64,000 nucleotides of DNA from Armatimonadota bacterium (lineage in GTDB: Bacteria > Armatimonadota > SYMT01), in contig JAWLHY010000003.1 of assembly GCA_041690135.1 (NCBI GenBank), positions 192,001-256,000 on the forward strand, given 5' to 3'. The notes beneath the pieces were generated by a model. The model was not told the DNA's origin, searched no databases, and was given only the letters and a program-made list of their open reading frames with translations. Position numbers and translations under genes: made by a program. The number at the start of each line of letters is the position of its first letter. The stretch's first letter is position 1. Of this stretch, positions 48,057-57,819 are shown one piece after another.

Positions 48057-48749
48057 ATGAACCGGTCCCTGTTGTTGGAATCGGCGGAATTGCGCGGGGG
48101 TGCCACCCGCGAGGAAATCGACCAGGCGGAGACGGAGTTGGGATTGACGCTCCCCTCGGAGTATCGCGCATTGCTCGCGGAATCCAACGGTCTCCGTCCC
48201 CAGGGCGGTCATACGGACCGCTACGACCTGGCGTTGTTCGCCGCGGCGGAACTGGCCGAGATGAACACGGCCTACGAGGTGCCGGACTACCTGCCCGGCC
48301 ACCTGCTGATCGGGCTGGATGGCGGAGGACGCGGTATCTTCCTGGACACGGCGGCGGAACCGAGCCCCGTCTACCTCTGTGAAATGGGCGCGCTTTTCCC
48401 GGACGATCTGCGCCGGCTGGCGGATAGCCTGGAGGCTTGGATGCGGACCGGCTGGGATCTGGGTGATCCGGAACCTACCCGGCACCCGGAGCGGATCGAC
48501 ATTTACCTGCTCCGCCCGCCGGCCGCCGGGATGAAGGCGCTGGTCCGCATCCTCAAGCTCCTGGACCAGAACGTTTCCATGAGCGAGTACCGGAAGATCC
48601 TGGCGAGCACGCCTTACCGCCTGGTACGGAACGTGACGTACATGCCCTACAGCTGGCGCTGCGCCGAATTCAACCAGGAAGATCCCTGCCTGGGCGCCTT
48701 TGAAGTGGACCGGCCGGACTGTCCCGTAGCCATCGGCCGCCGCGGGTGA
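48057..48749 (+). CDS. SMI1/KNR4 (SUKH) family protein
   Basis: GATREEIDQAETELGLTLPSEYRALLAESNG, IGLDGGG, LADSLEAW; AAGGA RBS. Confidence 0.85.
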   Translation: MNRSLLLESAELRGGATREEIDQAETELGLTLPSEYRALLAESNGLRPQGGHTDRYDLALFAAAELAEMNTAYEVPDYLPGHLLIGLDGGGRGIFLDTAAEPSPVYLCEMGALFPDDLRRLADSLEAWMRTGWDLGDPEPTRHPERIDIYLLRPPAAGMKALVRILKLLDQNVSMSEYRKILASTPYRLVRNVTYMPYSWRCAEFNQEDPCLGAFEVDRPDCPVAIGRRG

Positions 48750-48958
48750 TGATGGGCCAGTGATCATGCAAATTCCCATTTGCCCGGCAAATGGGACGGG
48801 CTCTGTTCTTGCACCTGTAGAAGTAGGGCGGGATCTCCCCTACGGGCAAGCTGTCCCCGCCGGGCCTTGGGTTAGCCCCCGTCGTGCAGTGTGGGGCGCC
48901 GCTCACCTGCCGGAGTTCATGGAACTGCTCGGTTACTCCGGCTCCCCTCGGAGGAACC

Positions 48959-49369
48959 TCAAGCCTCGACTTCGCCGATCTCGGCGTAGAGCCGCCGCGC
49001 CTGTTGCTGCCACCAGCAACGCGCGGCCCGGCCAACGGCTATCAGCACCGCGCCGAGGGGGAGGGTCCCCGCCGCGACACAGGCTCCGCCGACCCCGGTG
49101 ACGCCAGCAACAAGCACCCAGGGGCCGACGAGCCAGCCAAGGAGGATCGCCCCCACCCCCGACCAGAAGAACCAGATCAGGCCGGTCCAACCGATCTGAA
49201 CGAGCGTCCTCCCGTGACCTTCCAGCTCGCAGGCGGAGGCGATCCGGCGCCGCACCCAAATGCGCCGGTTTTCTCGCCAGAGGCGATCCCGCGCCAGTGC
49301 GGCCGCGAGGCGCTCGCCATGGTTCACGACCGGTTTCGTGTCTGAGTTCTGATACGCTTCCAACATCAT
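48959..49369 (-). CDS. Hypothetical membrane protein
   Basis: Several hydrophobic segments; no family recognised. Confidence 0.45.
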   Translation of the reverse strand: MMLEAYQNSDTKPVVNHGERLAAALARDRLWRENRRIWVRRRIASACELEGHGRTLVQIGWTGLIWFFWSGVGAILLGWLVGPWVLVAGVTGVGGACVAAGTLPLGAVLIAVGRAARCWWQQQARRLYAEIGEVEA

Positions 49370-49491
49370 CCGCCAGGGGCGTGCGAGACGCCCGCCCCAC
49401 CCCTACCTTACCGGCTACCGTGGCGGGCGAGAGGCCTGTGTCTCCAGCCACCGACCCCTTATCCCCAACCCCGACCCCGCCCGAAGGGCCG

Positions 49492-50010
49492 CTATTCCCC
49501 CCGGCTGGGATCGCGCACGGGGGCGTCGCTGCGGCGGGCGCTGGCGAGGAGCCAGCGGCGGGCCGAGGCGGCGGTGGTCTCCGTGATCCAGCCAAAAGCG
49601 AACAGCGCCAGGCCGGCGAACAGCAGCAGATGCCCTGCGACGGCAAGGTACTCCGTCCAGTTTCCCGTGGCGAACAGGGGCAGCAGCAGGGCCATGGAAC
49701 TCCCTCCGACTCCCGCCAGCATCCCTAGCGCGCCCAGGCGGAAGCGCCGGTGCCCGGAGTTCTCCCAGTTCCAGGTCGTATCGATCCACTGCTGCATGGT
49801 GCGCGTGCGGTCCCGGCGCCACTTCCCATCGCGGCGGCGGGCGACTTCCAGTTGCGCGGCCCGCGAGCCCTGCTCCGCAGCGGAGGGCACGCCGGTGCGG
49901 GCTTTCTCCGGCGGTAGGATGTTGCCGGCGTCCCACAACCGGTCATACTGCTCGCGGTTCCGAGTACGCGTCTTACGGCTTTCCGCTCGGTAAAAGTATC
50001 GGGCTGGCAA
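49492..50010 (-). CDS. Hypothetical membrane protein
   Basis: Two hydrophobic segments in the C-terminal half; start uncertain. Confidence 0.45.
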   Translation of the reverse strand: MPARYFYRAESRKTRTRNREQYDRLWDAGNILPPEKARTGVPSAAEQGSRAAQLEVARRRDGKWRRDRTRTMQQWIDTTWNWENSGHRRFRLGALGMLAGVGGSSMALLLPLFATGNWTEYLAVAGHLLLFAGLALFAFGWITETTAASARRWLLASARRSDAPVRDPSRGE

Positions 50011-50109
50011 GGCGGGTTCCTCGCGGCTCTAACTCATCCTCTGAATCTATAGATGTCCGGAACCTACCTCCGGCAAAGGGTTTTCTCGGAGCCAAGGGGA
50101 TTCTGTCCT

Positions 50110-50775
50110 TTACTGCTCCTGCCACTCCAGGAGCCGGCGGTAGGCATAATCCGCATCCACCCGGAGCCACTCGCCCGCGGCGGCCTCCTGGGCGCCCAGC
50201 CAATCCCCCAGTGCCGTTTCCAGTTGCTGGAGACCCGCTTCCCAGCCGATGCCCAGCCGCTGTACTTCGCCGTCGTCGGCGAGCATGGTGAGCATCACGG
50301 TCTTTTCGCCGGTTTCGGAGGTTTCTTGACCCTCATAGTAAAGGCCGGCCACCGGTGTTTCCCCCATCTGGTTCGCCACCAGAACTTTCACGATCTCAAA
50401 GATCCGATCGTCCCATCCGTCTTCGAACAGGAGCACCTTCTCGATGAGATCGTTGGGGTTGGCGACGGTGCGCAGCCGGTATTTCGTACCGGCCTGCTCG
50501 AACAACTCCGCCGTTACCTGGCCCAGTTCACCCGGTTCGGCCCCTTCCGTCTGGACCCAGACCATGAACTGCCGCTCCATATCATGGTAGAGCAGGCCTG
50601 TGTCTACGGGGGCTTGCGTGCCGCATTCCTCGCAGTGGAACAGGTTCAGGGAGCCGCTCAATACCCGGTCCCGGAGTTCCGGGTCGAGCGTGACGTTCAC
50701 CGAACGCCAGGCCTGGAACTGCTGGGGATGCGAGCATTGGGGGCAGGTGATGTCGAGGGTGATCGGAAGGCTCAT
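50110..50775 (-). CDS. CpXC domain-containing protein
   Basis: ITCPQC...SVNVTLDPELR...FHCEECG...LYHDME...DLIEKV; AGGAG RBS. Confidence 0.85.
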   Translation of the reverse strand: MSLPITLDITCPQCSHPQQFQAWRSVNVTLDPELRDRVLSGSLNLFHCEECGTQAPVDTGLLYHDMERQFMVWVQTEGAEPGELGQVTAELFEQAGTKYRLRTVANPNDLIEKVLLFEDGWDDRIFEIVKVLVANQMGETPVAGLYYEGQETSETGEKTVMLTMLADDGEVQRLGIGWEAGLQQLETALGDWLGAQEAAAGEWLRVDADYAYRRLLEWQEQ

Positions 50776-51018
50776 GCTTTCTCCTGTGCGGGGCGCCGGT
50801 ATCCTCTACCAGTTGGCGGTTCGCCGGCCGAACCCTCTTTGGTAGAACCCCTCCCAGCCGTTCTGCGTCTGCGTCCTTGCCGCAGGCGGTCTCCGGCCCG
50901 AGTGCCACTTCCCAGCCTATCCTCAGGGAAGCCCAGCCGAAACCCCTTTCCGGAACAAGGCTTCCCGGCCGGACGCGGCGAACTCCCACTTATTGCAGTT
51001 GTCGATGGAGACCGAGCT

Positions 51019-52932
51019 ATGGCGCGTACGGAACGGAGTAGGAAGCACTGGCCCGCGGTAGCCCTGGCCCTGATGGGCCTGGGCCTCACGGTGGTGGCGG
51101 GCACGGCGGCACGACCGGGAACGGCCCAGGAGATGCCGGGAGACCGTCCCAACATCCTGTGGTTGACCTGCGAGGATATGGGACCGCACATCGGCCCTTA
51201 TGGGGACATGTACGCCGTTACTCCCAATCTGGACCGGTTCTCCACCCGCAGCCTTCGTTATCTGAATGCGTGGTCCAACGCTCCGGTGTGCGCTCCGGCT
51301 CGAACCGTGCTGATCTCCGGGATGTATGGGCCGTCCACCGGTTCCGAGCACATGCGCAGCCAGGTCCGCCTGCCGGCGGGCTTCAAGATGTACCCGCAGT
51401 TCCTCCGTGAGGCGGGCTACTACTGCACCAATAACAGCAAGGAAGACTACAACCTGGAGAAGCCGGGCCAGGTGTGGGATGAGTCCTCCGGCAAGGCGCA
51501 CTGGAAGAACCGCAAGCCGGGCCAACCATTTTTCGCCATCTTCAACAGCACGATCACGCACGAGAGCCAGATGCGCAAGCGCCCGCATCGCCTCGTCCAC
51601 GACCCCGCGAAAGCTCGGATTCCAGCCTACCATCCCGACACCCCGGAGAGCCGCCACGACTGGGCCCAGTATTACGACAACATCACGACCATGGACCGGC
51701 AGGTCGGCGATCGGCTCAAGGAGTTGGAGGAGGCCGGCCTGGCGGATAACACCATCGTCTTCTTCTACTCCGACCATGGCTCCGGCATGCCCCGCAACAA
51801 GCGGTGGCCCTACAACTCCGGTCTGCAGGTCCCGCTGATCGTTCACTTCCCCGAGAAGTACCGCCACCTGGCGCCCAAAGAGTACCGGCCCGGCGCTACC
51901 ACGGACCGGCTCGTCAGCTTTGTGGACTTCGCGCCCACTCTCCTCAGCCTGGTGGGCCTCCGACCGGCGGAATATCACCAGGGGCACGCGTTCATGGGCA
52001 AGCACGAGGCGGCTCCGCAGCGGTACGCTTACGGCTTCCGCGGCCGGATGGATGAGCGCGTCGACCTGGTACGCAGCGTGCGAGACGACCGCTACGTGTA
52101 CATCCGCAACTACATGCCGCACCGGATCTACGGCCAGTACATCTCCTATATGTTCGAAACGCCCACCACGGCCGTGTGGAAACAGCTCTTCGACGCCGGC
52201 AAGCTGAACGAGGCCCAGTCGCACTTCTGGCGCGAGAAACCCGTGGAGGAGTTGTATGACCTGCGGAACGACCGGGACGAGGTGAAGAACCTGGCCGGCT
52301 CCCCCGCGCACCGGGAGGTTCTGGAGCGACTCCGCAAGGCCCAGCGGGACCTGGCGGTGCGCGTCCGCGACCTCGGCTTCCTGCCGGAAGGGGAGATGCA
52401 CCGCCGGGCGGAAGGCTCCACCCCCTACGAGATGGGACACGACGGCCGGAAGTATGCTGTCGAAGAGGTGATCCGCGCGGCCGAGCTGGCCAGCATGCCG
52501 GGGAAGAACGACCTCGGGCGGGTCAAGGAACTGCTGAACGACCCGGACAGCGCGGTCCGCTACTGGGCGGCCACGGGTCTCCTGATTCGCGGGGCGGCCG
52601 GGGTAGCCGGCGCCCGCCCCGAGCTGGCGAAGGCGTTGACGGACCGCTCGCCCTTTGTCCGCGCCGCGGCCGCCGAGGCCCTGGCGAAACACACCACCGG
52701 CGAAGAGCTGGAGCGCTCCCTGGCGACGCTCCTGGAGCTCGCCTCACCGCAGAAGGAAGGGGTCTTCGCCTCCATACAGGCCCTGGCGGCCCTGGATGAA
52801 TTGGATAAGAAAGCCAGTACCTGTCTACCGATCCTGAAGCAGCTCGACCCGAAGGACGCCGCCGCGCCTCCTCGGACCGGCGGCTACGTTCCCCGGCTCC
52901 TCGAGAAGAGCATCGCGGACCTGGAGAACTGA
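51019..52932 (+). CDS. Formylglycine-dependent sulfatase with C-terminal HEAT repeats
   Basis: RPNILW, CAPAR (CxPxR), SDHG, VSFVDFAPT, ELYDL; HEAT-like DPDSAVRYWAA. Confidence 0.92.
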   Translation: MARTERSRKHWPAVALALMGLGLTVVAGTAARPGTAQEMPGDRPNILWLTCEDMGPHIGPYGDMYAVTPNLDRFSTRSLRYLNAWSNAPVCAPARTVLISGMYGPSTGSEHMRSQVRLPAGFKMYPQFLREAGYYCTNNSKEDYNLEKPGQVWDESSGKAHWKNRKPGQPFFAIFNSTITHESQMRKRPHRLVHDPAKARIPAYHPDTPESRHDWAQYYDNITTMDRQVGDRLKELEEAGLADNTIVFFYSDHGSGMPRNKRWPYNSGLQVPLIVHFPEKYRHLAPKEYRPGATTDRLVSFVDFAPTLLSLVGLRPAEYHQGHAFMGKHEAAPQRYAYGFRGRMDERVDLVRSVRDDRYVYIRNYMPHRIYGQYISYMFETPTTAVWKQLFDAGKLNEAQSHFWREKPVEELYDLRNDRDEVKNLAGSPAHREVLERLRKAQRDLAVRVRDLGFLPEGEMHRRAEGSTPYEMGHDGRKYAVEEVIRAAELASMPGKNDLGRVKELLNDPDSAVRYWAATGLLIRGAAGVAGARPELAKALTDRSPFVRAAAAEALAKHTTGEELERSLATLLELASPQKEGVFASIQALAALDELDKKASTCLPILKQLDPKDAAAPPRTGGYVPRLLEKSIADLEN

Positions 52933-52970
52933 CACTGTAAAGGTTCCAGGCCCGACGTACATCATCCGGA

Positions 52971-53951
52971 CTAGCGAAGTAGCCCCGTGACCAGGGCGGC
53001 GCCTTCTCCGGCGTGGATCATCGGCAGGCCGCGAAGCATGGCCACGCACCCGTCGCGGGGGGACCGGATCTCCTCAAGGACTTCGCCGTCCAGGGCGAGG
53101 ATGCGCCCCAGCCGGTCCCCCGCATTCACTCCCTGAAGTAGCTCCACGTCGGCCGCGAAATATCCGGATGTTCCCGCGGGGATGGGAAGATCCAGGTTCC
53201 CGGAGCCGAGCAGGTGATGGCGCAACGGCACGACCTCCGGTTCTCCGGGGAGCATGCCGAGATGCCGCATCACGTTGACGACCCCGCGCTGGAAGCATTC
53301 CACGTCCTCGGGCCGGGTGCGCCCCGCCCCGGGCGCCTCGGTGTACAGCCAGGGCACGCCCAGGTCCGTGGCCGTTGAGACGGTGCGGCCGGTGGCGCTC
53401 GGGTCCGGAGGATGGCCCCAGATAACCTCGCAGCCGAACGCCCGCGCCGCCGCCTCGGAAGCGCGGCCCAGCGGGGTGTTGTCCCGGGCGTAACCCACCA
53501 GGGTCGGCATGGAGTACTGGATGCCGGCGCTGTGAAGGTCGATCAGGAAGTCCGCCCGCGCGAGGATCTCCTGGGTGATGGCGTGCGCGATCCGCTCGGT
53601 GATCGTCCCGTCGGGTCGCCCCGGAAAGACGCGGGCGAGATTCAGGCCGTCGATCGAGCTGCAGCGCGTGGCCGCCTGGAACGCGGGGACATTGCAGACC
53701 GGCACGGCCAGCAGACGTCCCTGGAGCTGTCCCGGATCGAGGGCGCGAAACAACTCGGGAATGGCGCGGATGCCTTCGTACTCATCCCCGTGGACACCGG
53801 CCAGTAGCGCGAGGGTGGGGCCGTCTTCCCTCCCCCGTGCGGCGAGCACCGGTAGGCAGAGCTCGCTTCCGCCGGGGAGGCGACTAATGGAGAGGACCTG
53901 GGAGACTCGGCTGTGCGGTTCCAGAGCGTCGAGACAAAAGGAAGTGGACAT
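52971..53951 (-). CDS. Succinylglutamate desuccinylase/aspartoacylase family protein
   Basis: GVHGDEYEG, NLARVFPG, IDLHSA, biotinyl-like C-terminus. Confidence 0.9.
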   Translation of the reverse strand: MSTSFCLDALEPHSRVSQVLSISRLPGGSELCLPVLAARGREDGPTLALLAGVHGDEYEGIRAIPELFRALDPGQLQGRLLAVPVCNVPAFQAATRCSSIDGLNLARVFPGRPDGTITERIAHAITQEILARADFLIDLHSAGIQYSMPTLVGYARDNTPLGRASEAAARAFGCEVIWGHPPDPSATGRTVSTATDLGVPWLYTEAPGAGRTRPEDVECFQRGVVNVMRHLGMLPGEPEVVPLRHHLLGSGNLDLPIPAGTSGYFAADVELLQGVNAGDRLGRILALDGEVLEEIRSPRDGCVAMLRGLPMIHAGEGAALVTGLLR

Positions 53952-54117
53952 CGGGAAGGATCCTTGGGAAGTGTTGCTATAACAGGTATAGCAGAATGCT
54001 CCGGTCTATCGAGCCGGTGTGAGACTGTTGGTCCGTTCCGCGCCAGGAGATGCGGGGCCTGCGTGATGCATCGTCCGTCCGGCTGTTGTCCGGTGGGCGT
54101 GCGCTTGCCCCCGGCCC

Positions 54118-54316
54118 GCCCCGACCCTGAACGGTCGGGCTCTGTAACGGCACCGTCCCCGCCTGCGCGGGCACGCCTGACGCGCCGACCAAACGCAACG
54201 ACGGGAGTGGTGCCTACGCACCGTCGGCATTCTCCACCGCCATCCCGGAGATGAGACGAACGCCCACGGAGGTGGGCAGCGTGCCGTACCAGAGCCCGAC
54301 CGTTCAGGGTCGGGGC
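54118..54316. repeat. REP doublet with perfect 27-bp inverted repeats
   Basis: 54118..54144 GCCCCGACCCTGAACGGTCGGGCTCTG is the exact reverse complement of 54290..54316; each arm is itself a hairpin. Confidence 0.9.
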
Positions 54317-54377
54317 TCTACCCCGCGCACGTGAGGGGATTTTGGCCATGGCAGTCATAGGGCCTCGGGAGATTCGT

Positions 54378-56981
54378 ATGCATACCCATCGCACCCCACT
54401 GATGTTGGTTCTATCGGCCACCGCAATTGCCCTCACGTTGAGTGGGGGGCGCCAGCCGGCACGCGCCGATGCGGCAGCAGACATTCCTCGCCTTTCCCCA
54501 CGCAATACCGAAGCCCCCTTCTGCTACCGGCCGGGCGAGACCCGCCGCTGGCCCATTCTCCGGGGTATGTGGGCTGGAGTGGGAGAGGGAAGCGGTAAGC
54601 CCGAGGTGGTCTTCACGGCGCGGCAGGGCGATACGGTCCGGGGACGGGGACCGCTCGTGCGGGTAGACGGGGTGCGCGTGCGCCTGGGAGACGAGGGTCG
54701 GCTGGAAATCTCCGCTCCCGCAGCAGGCTCGAACCCCGCGTTCGACCTGGACGTGGAGCAGAAGCTTCCCGGCGGCGAGGTGGTAAAGCAGACCCTCCGG
54801 GTCCGCGCCGCACCGCCGCCGCGACCGCTCTCTTATTATGCGGACTTCGGCGATGAGCTGATCCGGTTCTTTATGGACGGCAGCGGCCAATACCGGCCGA
54901 TCGAAGAGGATGCCTTCGACCAGTACTTCCGGCGCCTGCAGGCACAGGGGATTACGCGGCTCATCGTGTGGCTGAGCCCCTTCCCGTTCGCGGCCGATCG
55001 CCGGGCCTATGACCCGAAGGATTGGGAACGGTACGAGCAGCGCGCGCGGGCGATCCTGGACTACCCGGACTTGAGCCGGGTGCTGGCGGGCCGGAGTGGG
55101 TTCACTTCGTGGGGCTGGCTGCGGCAGCTCATGGCGACCCACTTCCTGCCCGAGTTCGGGCCGATGCTGGGCCGCAGCGCGGAGAATCACGGCATCCGGC
55201 TGTCGGTCAGCTTCCGCCCCTTCGAGCCGGCCGTGAGCAAATATTACGAGGTCCCCACCTTCGGCCCGGAGGGGGAGTGGGACGGGTGGTTCTTCCCCCT
55301 GGCCTCCCCGGCGGTGACGGAGCATGCGGAGGACGTCTGCTTCGCCCACTACCGGGAGGTGCTCCGGAAGATGGGGCGAGCGGAGTACGGGGAGATCGGC
55401 GAGCTCCGGTTCACCGGCGCGGAGCGGGCGTCGGAGTTCATGAAGAGTTGGGAAGAGGGGAAGTCCCGTCTGCGGATCTTCGCCAGCCCGTACCCGCCGC
55501 AGCAGAGCGACTCTTTTGTCCTGCAGCGCCAGAAGGACGGGGGCTATCGTTTGGTCCGCTGGAAGGACGTGGAAGCCCGCGCCGATGCCCGCCGGCTGGA
55601 GTTGACCGGTTACCGGCTGCGGCTCGACCCGGACGGAAGCCTCCGGGTAACCGGGCTCCGGGTGCCGTCCCATTTCCGTTATCTGCTGGTCACCACCGAG
55701 GGTCCCGAGGCCGCCTCTCCCGCGCCGGACGCGGAGTCCCCCATCACCGTCTGGTCGCGGGCCGGAACGCCGCTGGGACGGCTCAACACCTACTGGGCCC
55801 TGGATGAGAGCACGCCGGAGGGGAAGAAGACCCGCGTGGCCGGGATCCCCGCCGACGGCGAGTACTACAGCCAGTTCTACGCCACGGAGGCGAGCGGGGA
55901 TCAGCACCGCGGCAAGGGCCAGGTGCCCCTGGCCGGGCGCACGCTGGTGGTGGACCGGGGCGACCTGTGGTCGCCGGAGATGGTCGACTTCCGCCGCCCG
56001 GCGGCCCGCGACTATGTGGTCCGGGAACTGCGCTACCTGCTGTCGCTGCCCGGCTTCGACGAGATCTTCCTCAACACTCGCAGTCACACGCAGCTCGCGG
56101 CCTCGACCGCGGATGGCGTGGAAGGCCTTCGTCCCATCGCGCGGTACCGGGCAGAGCGCAAGCCGTACTACCACCTAGGTCTCGACCGGGCTTACGCACC
56201 CCTCTCCGTGGCCGGTGATCCCCGGCTGAAGAAGCTGGCCGGCTCCTCCGATACCGTGGACCGGATCACCACCTGGCAGCCCGGGGAATGGGAAGAGCCT
56301 TGCCAGACGGCAAGCTCCCCCTTCGCGTGGCGGTATGCCCGGAACCAGGCCGTGGCGGAAGGGATGCGGAGCCTGGTGCGGGACCTGGAGCGTGCCTTCC
56401 CACGCACTCGCCTCCGCGTGGTGATCCCCGAGGGGGAAGCGGCCGTGCGGACCGTCGAACGGGAGTTGGAGCAGATGGAGCGTCCCGGAGGCGGCAAGTT
56501 CGGCAAGGCCTACTACAACCAGTTGTGGAACTCGGTGAACCACATCCCCGCGATCGGGGAGGGGATGGCCATGGTGGACCTGTCCGGCCTGCGGGCCGAA
56601 CCGGTGTTCCTCGGCATCCGCTACCTGCCGGACCCGCAGCCGCTGCGGCTCTTCCTGCGCGAGCAGTTGCGCGACCTGGCGGACAACCGGGGCTCGCGCT
56701 TCCGTGGCCCGCGCAGCTACTTCTACGAGGGCCACGAGACCCTCACCTACGCGGGCGACGGCAAGGTGACCACTCCGGAGCGCGCCACCGCGAAGCGCGG
56801 GCGGGAGGAGCGCATCTGCTATCTGCTCTCGCACCCGGCGGAGATCAATGAGGTCATCCTTTACGAGGCCGCCGACTGGGCCTACTTCATGCCGCTCGAC
56901 GATCCCGATTTCTGCGGCCACGGCTATCTCGACCGGCGAGCCGAGGTGCTGAAGGCGGGCGGCTGGAACGTCAGCCCTTGA
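54378..56981 (+). CDS. Large secreted hypothetical protein, possible GH-like TIM barrel
   Basis: Signal peptide; GITRLIVW, VDFRRPAARDYVVRELRYLL...FDEIFLN resembles a GHL10/DUF187-type segment. Confidence 0.75.
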   Translation: MHTHRTPLMLVLSATAIALTLSGGRQPARADAAADIPRLSPRNTEAPFCYRPGETRRWPILRGMWAGVGEGSGKPEVVFTARQGDTVRGRGPLVRVDGVRVRLGDEGRLEISAPAAGSNPAFDLDVEQKLPGGEVVKQTLRVRAAPPPRPLSYYADFGDELIRFFMDGSGQYRPIEEDAFDQYFRRLQAQGITRLIVWLSPFPFAADRRAYDPKDWERYEQRARAILDYPDLSRVLAGRSGFTSWGWLRQLMATHFLPEFGPMLGRSAENHGIRLSVSFRPFEPAVSKYYEVPTFGPEGEWDGWFFPLASPAVTEHAEDVCFAHYREVLRKMGRAEYGEIGELRFTGAERASEFMKSWEEGKSRLRIFASPYPPQQSDSFVLQRQKDGGYRLVRWKDVEARADARRLELTGYRLRLDPDGSLRVTGLRVPSHFRYLLVTTEGPEAASPAPDAESPITVWSRAGTPLGRLNTYWALDESTPEGKKTRVAGIPADGEYYSQFYATEASGDQHRGKGQVPLAGRTLVVDRGDLWSPEMVDFRRPAARDYVVRELRYLLSLPGFDEIFLNTRSHTQLAASTADGVEGLRPIARYRAERKPYYHLGLDRAYAPLSVAGDPRLKKLAGSSDTVDRITTWQPGEWEEPCQTASSPFAWRYARNQAVAEGMRSLVRDLERAFPRTRLRVVIPEGEAAVRTVERELEQMERPGGGKFGKAYYNQLWNSVNHIPAIGEGMAMVDLSGLRAEPVFLGIRYLPDPQPLRLFLREQLRDLADNRGSRFRGPRSYFYEGHETLTYAGDGKVTTPERATAKRGREERICYLLSHPAEINEVILYEAADWAYFMPLDDPDFCGHGYLDRRAEVLKAGGWNVSP

Positions 56982-57819
56982 CCGCTCCGAGCTGGATCCC
57001 TTCCACGAAGAACCGCTGCCCGAGAACGAAGATGAGCAGCATCGGGGCGATCATGATGAGGGATCCGGCCATCAGCAGCGGCCACTGGACCGAATGCAGC
57101 TCCTGAAAGGCGGAAAGCGCCACCGGCAGGACATACAGCTCCTGCCGGTGGGTCACCACCAGCGGCCAGAGGAAGCTGGTCCAGGCGCCCAGGAAGGTGA
57201 AGATGCCGAGGGTGGCTACCCCCGGCTTGGCGAGCGGCAGTACGACCCGCGCGAAGACACCGAAATGGCCGCAGCCGTCGATGCGCGCCGCCTCCTCGAT
57301 CTCCACCGGCAGATGCAGGAAGAACTGGCGGAGCATGAAGGTCCCGTAGGGGCTGAACATCGCCGGCAGGATCAGCGCCTGGTAGGTGTTCACCCAGCCC
57401 AACTCGCGCATCAGGATGAACAGCGGGATCAACGTGACGGTAGCCGGGATCATGAGCGTACCCAGGTAGGCGAGGAACACCGTGTCCCGACCCCGCCATG
57501 CCAGCCGGGCGAAGGCGAAGGCGGCCATCGCGCTGGTGAGCACCGTTCCCAGGGTGATCGTCCCGGCCACAAGCATGCTGTTCAGAAAAGCACGTCCCAA
57601 CTGCGCCTCGTTCCACGCCTGCAGGAAGTTCTGCGGATAGGCGGGCCGGGGGAGGAGCCGCGCGGGGTCCAGGATCGGCTGGTCGGGCGACTTGAGCGCC
57701 GTCGCGACCATCCAGACCAGCGGCGCCGCCATCGTCAGGCCCACCAGGACCAGCAGCGCCACGGTGACGGCGCGAGTTACGGGGGACGGTTCTCCGAGAC
57801 GAGAGTGACGAGTCTTCAC
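56971..57819 (-). CDS. Carbohydrate ABC transporter permease (MalG-like)
   Basis: EIEEAARIDG, FFVEGIQLGAVKG; GTGA coupling to the upstream permease. Confidence 0.93.
   Translation of the reverse strand: MKTRHSRLGEPSPVTRAVTVALLVLVGLTMAAPLVWMVATALKSPDQPILDPARLLPRPAYPQNFLQAWNEAQLGRAFLNSMLVAGTITLGTVLTSAMAAFAFARLAWRGRDTVFLAYLGTLMIPATVTLIPLFILMRELGWVNTYQALILPAMFSPYGTFMLRQFFLHLPVEIEEAARIDGCGHFGVFARVVLPLAKPGVATLGIFTFLGAWTSFLWPLVVTHRQELYVLPVALSAFQELHSVQWPLLMAGSLIMIAPMLLIFVLGQRFFVEGIQLGAVKG

Noticed and set aside
50053-51018. 322-aa N-terminal extension of the sulfatase ORF
   Set aside because: It is antisense to the CpXC gene; the signal peptide and RBS point to a start at 51019.
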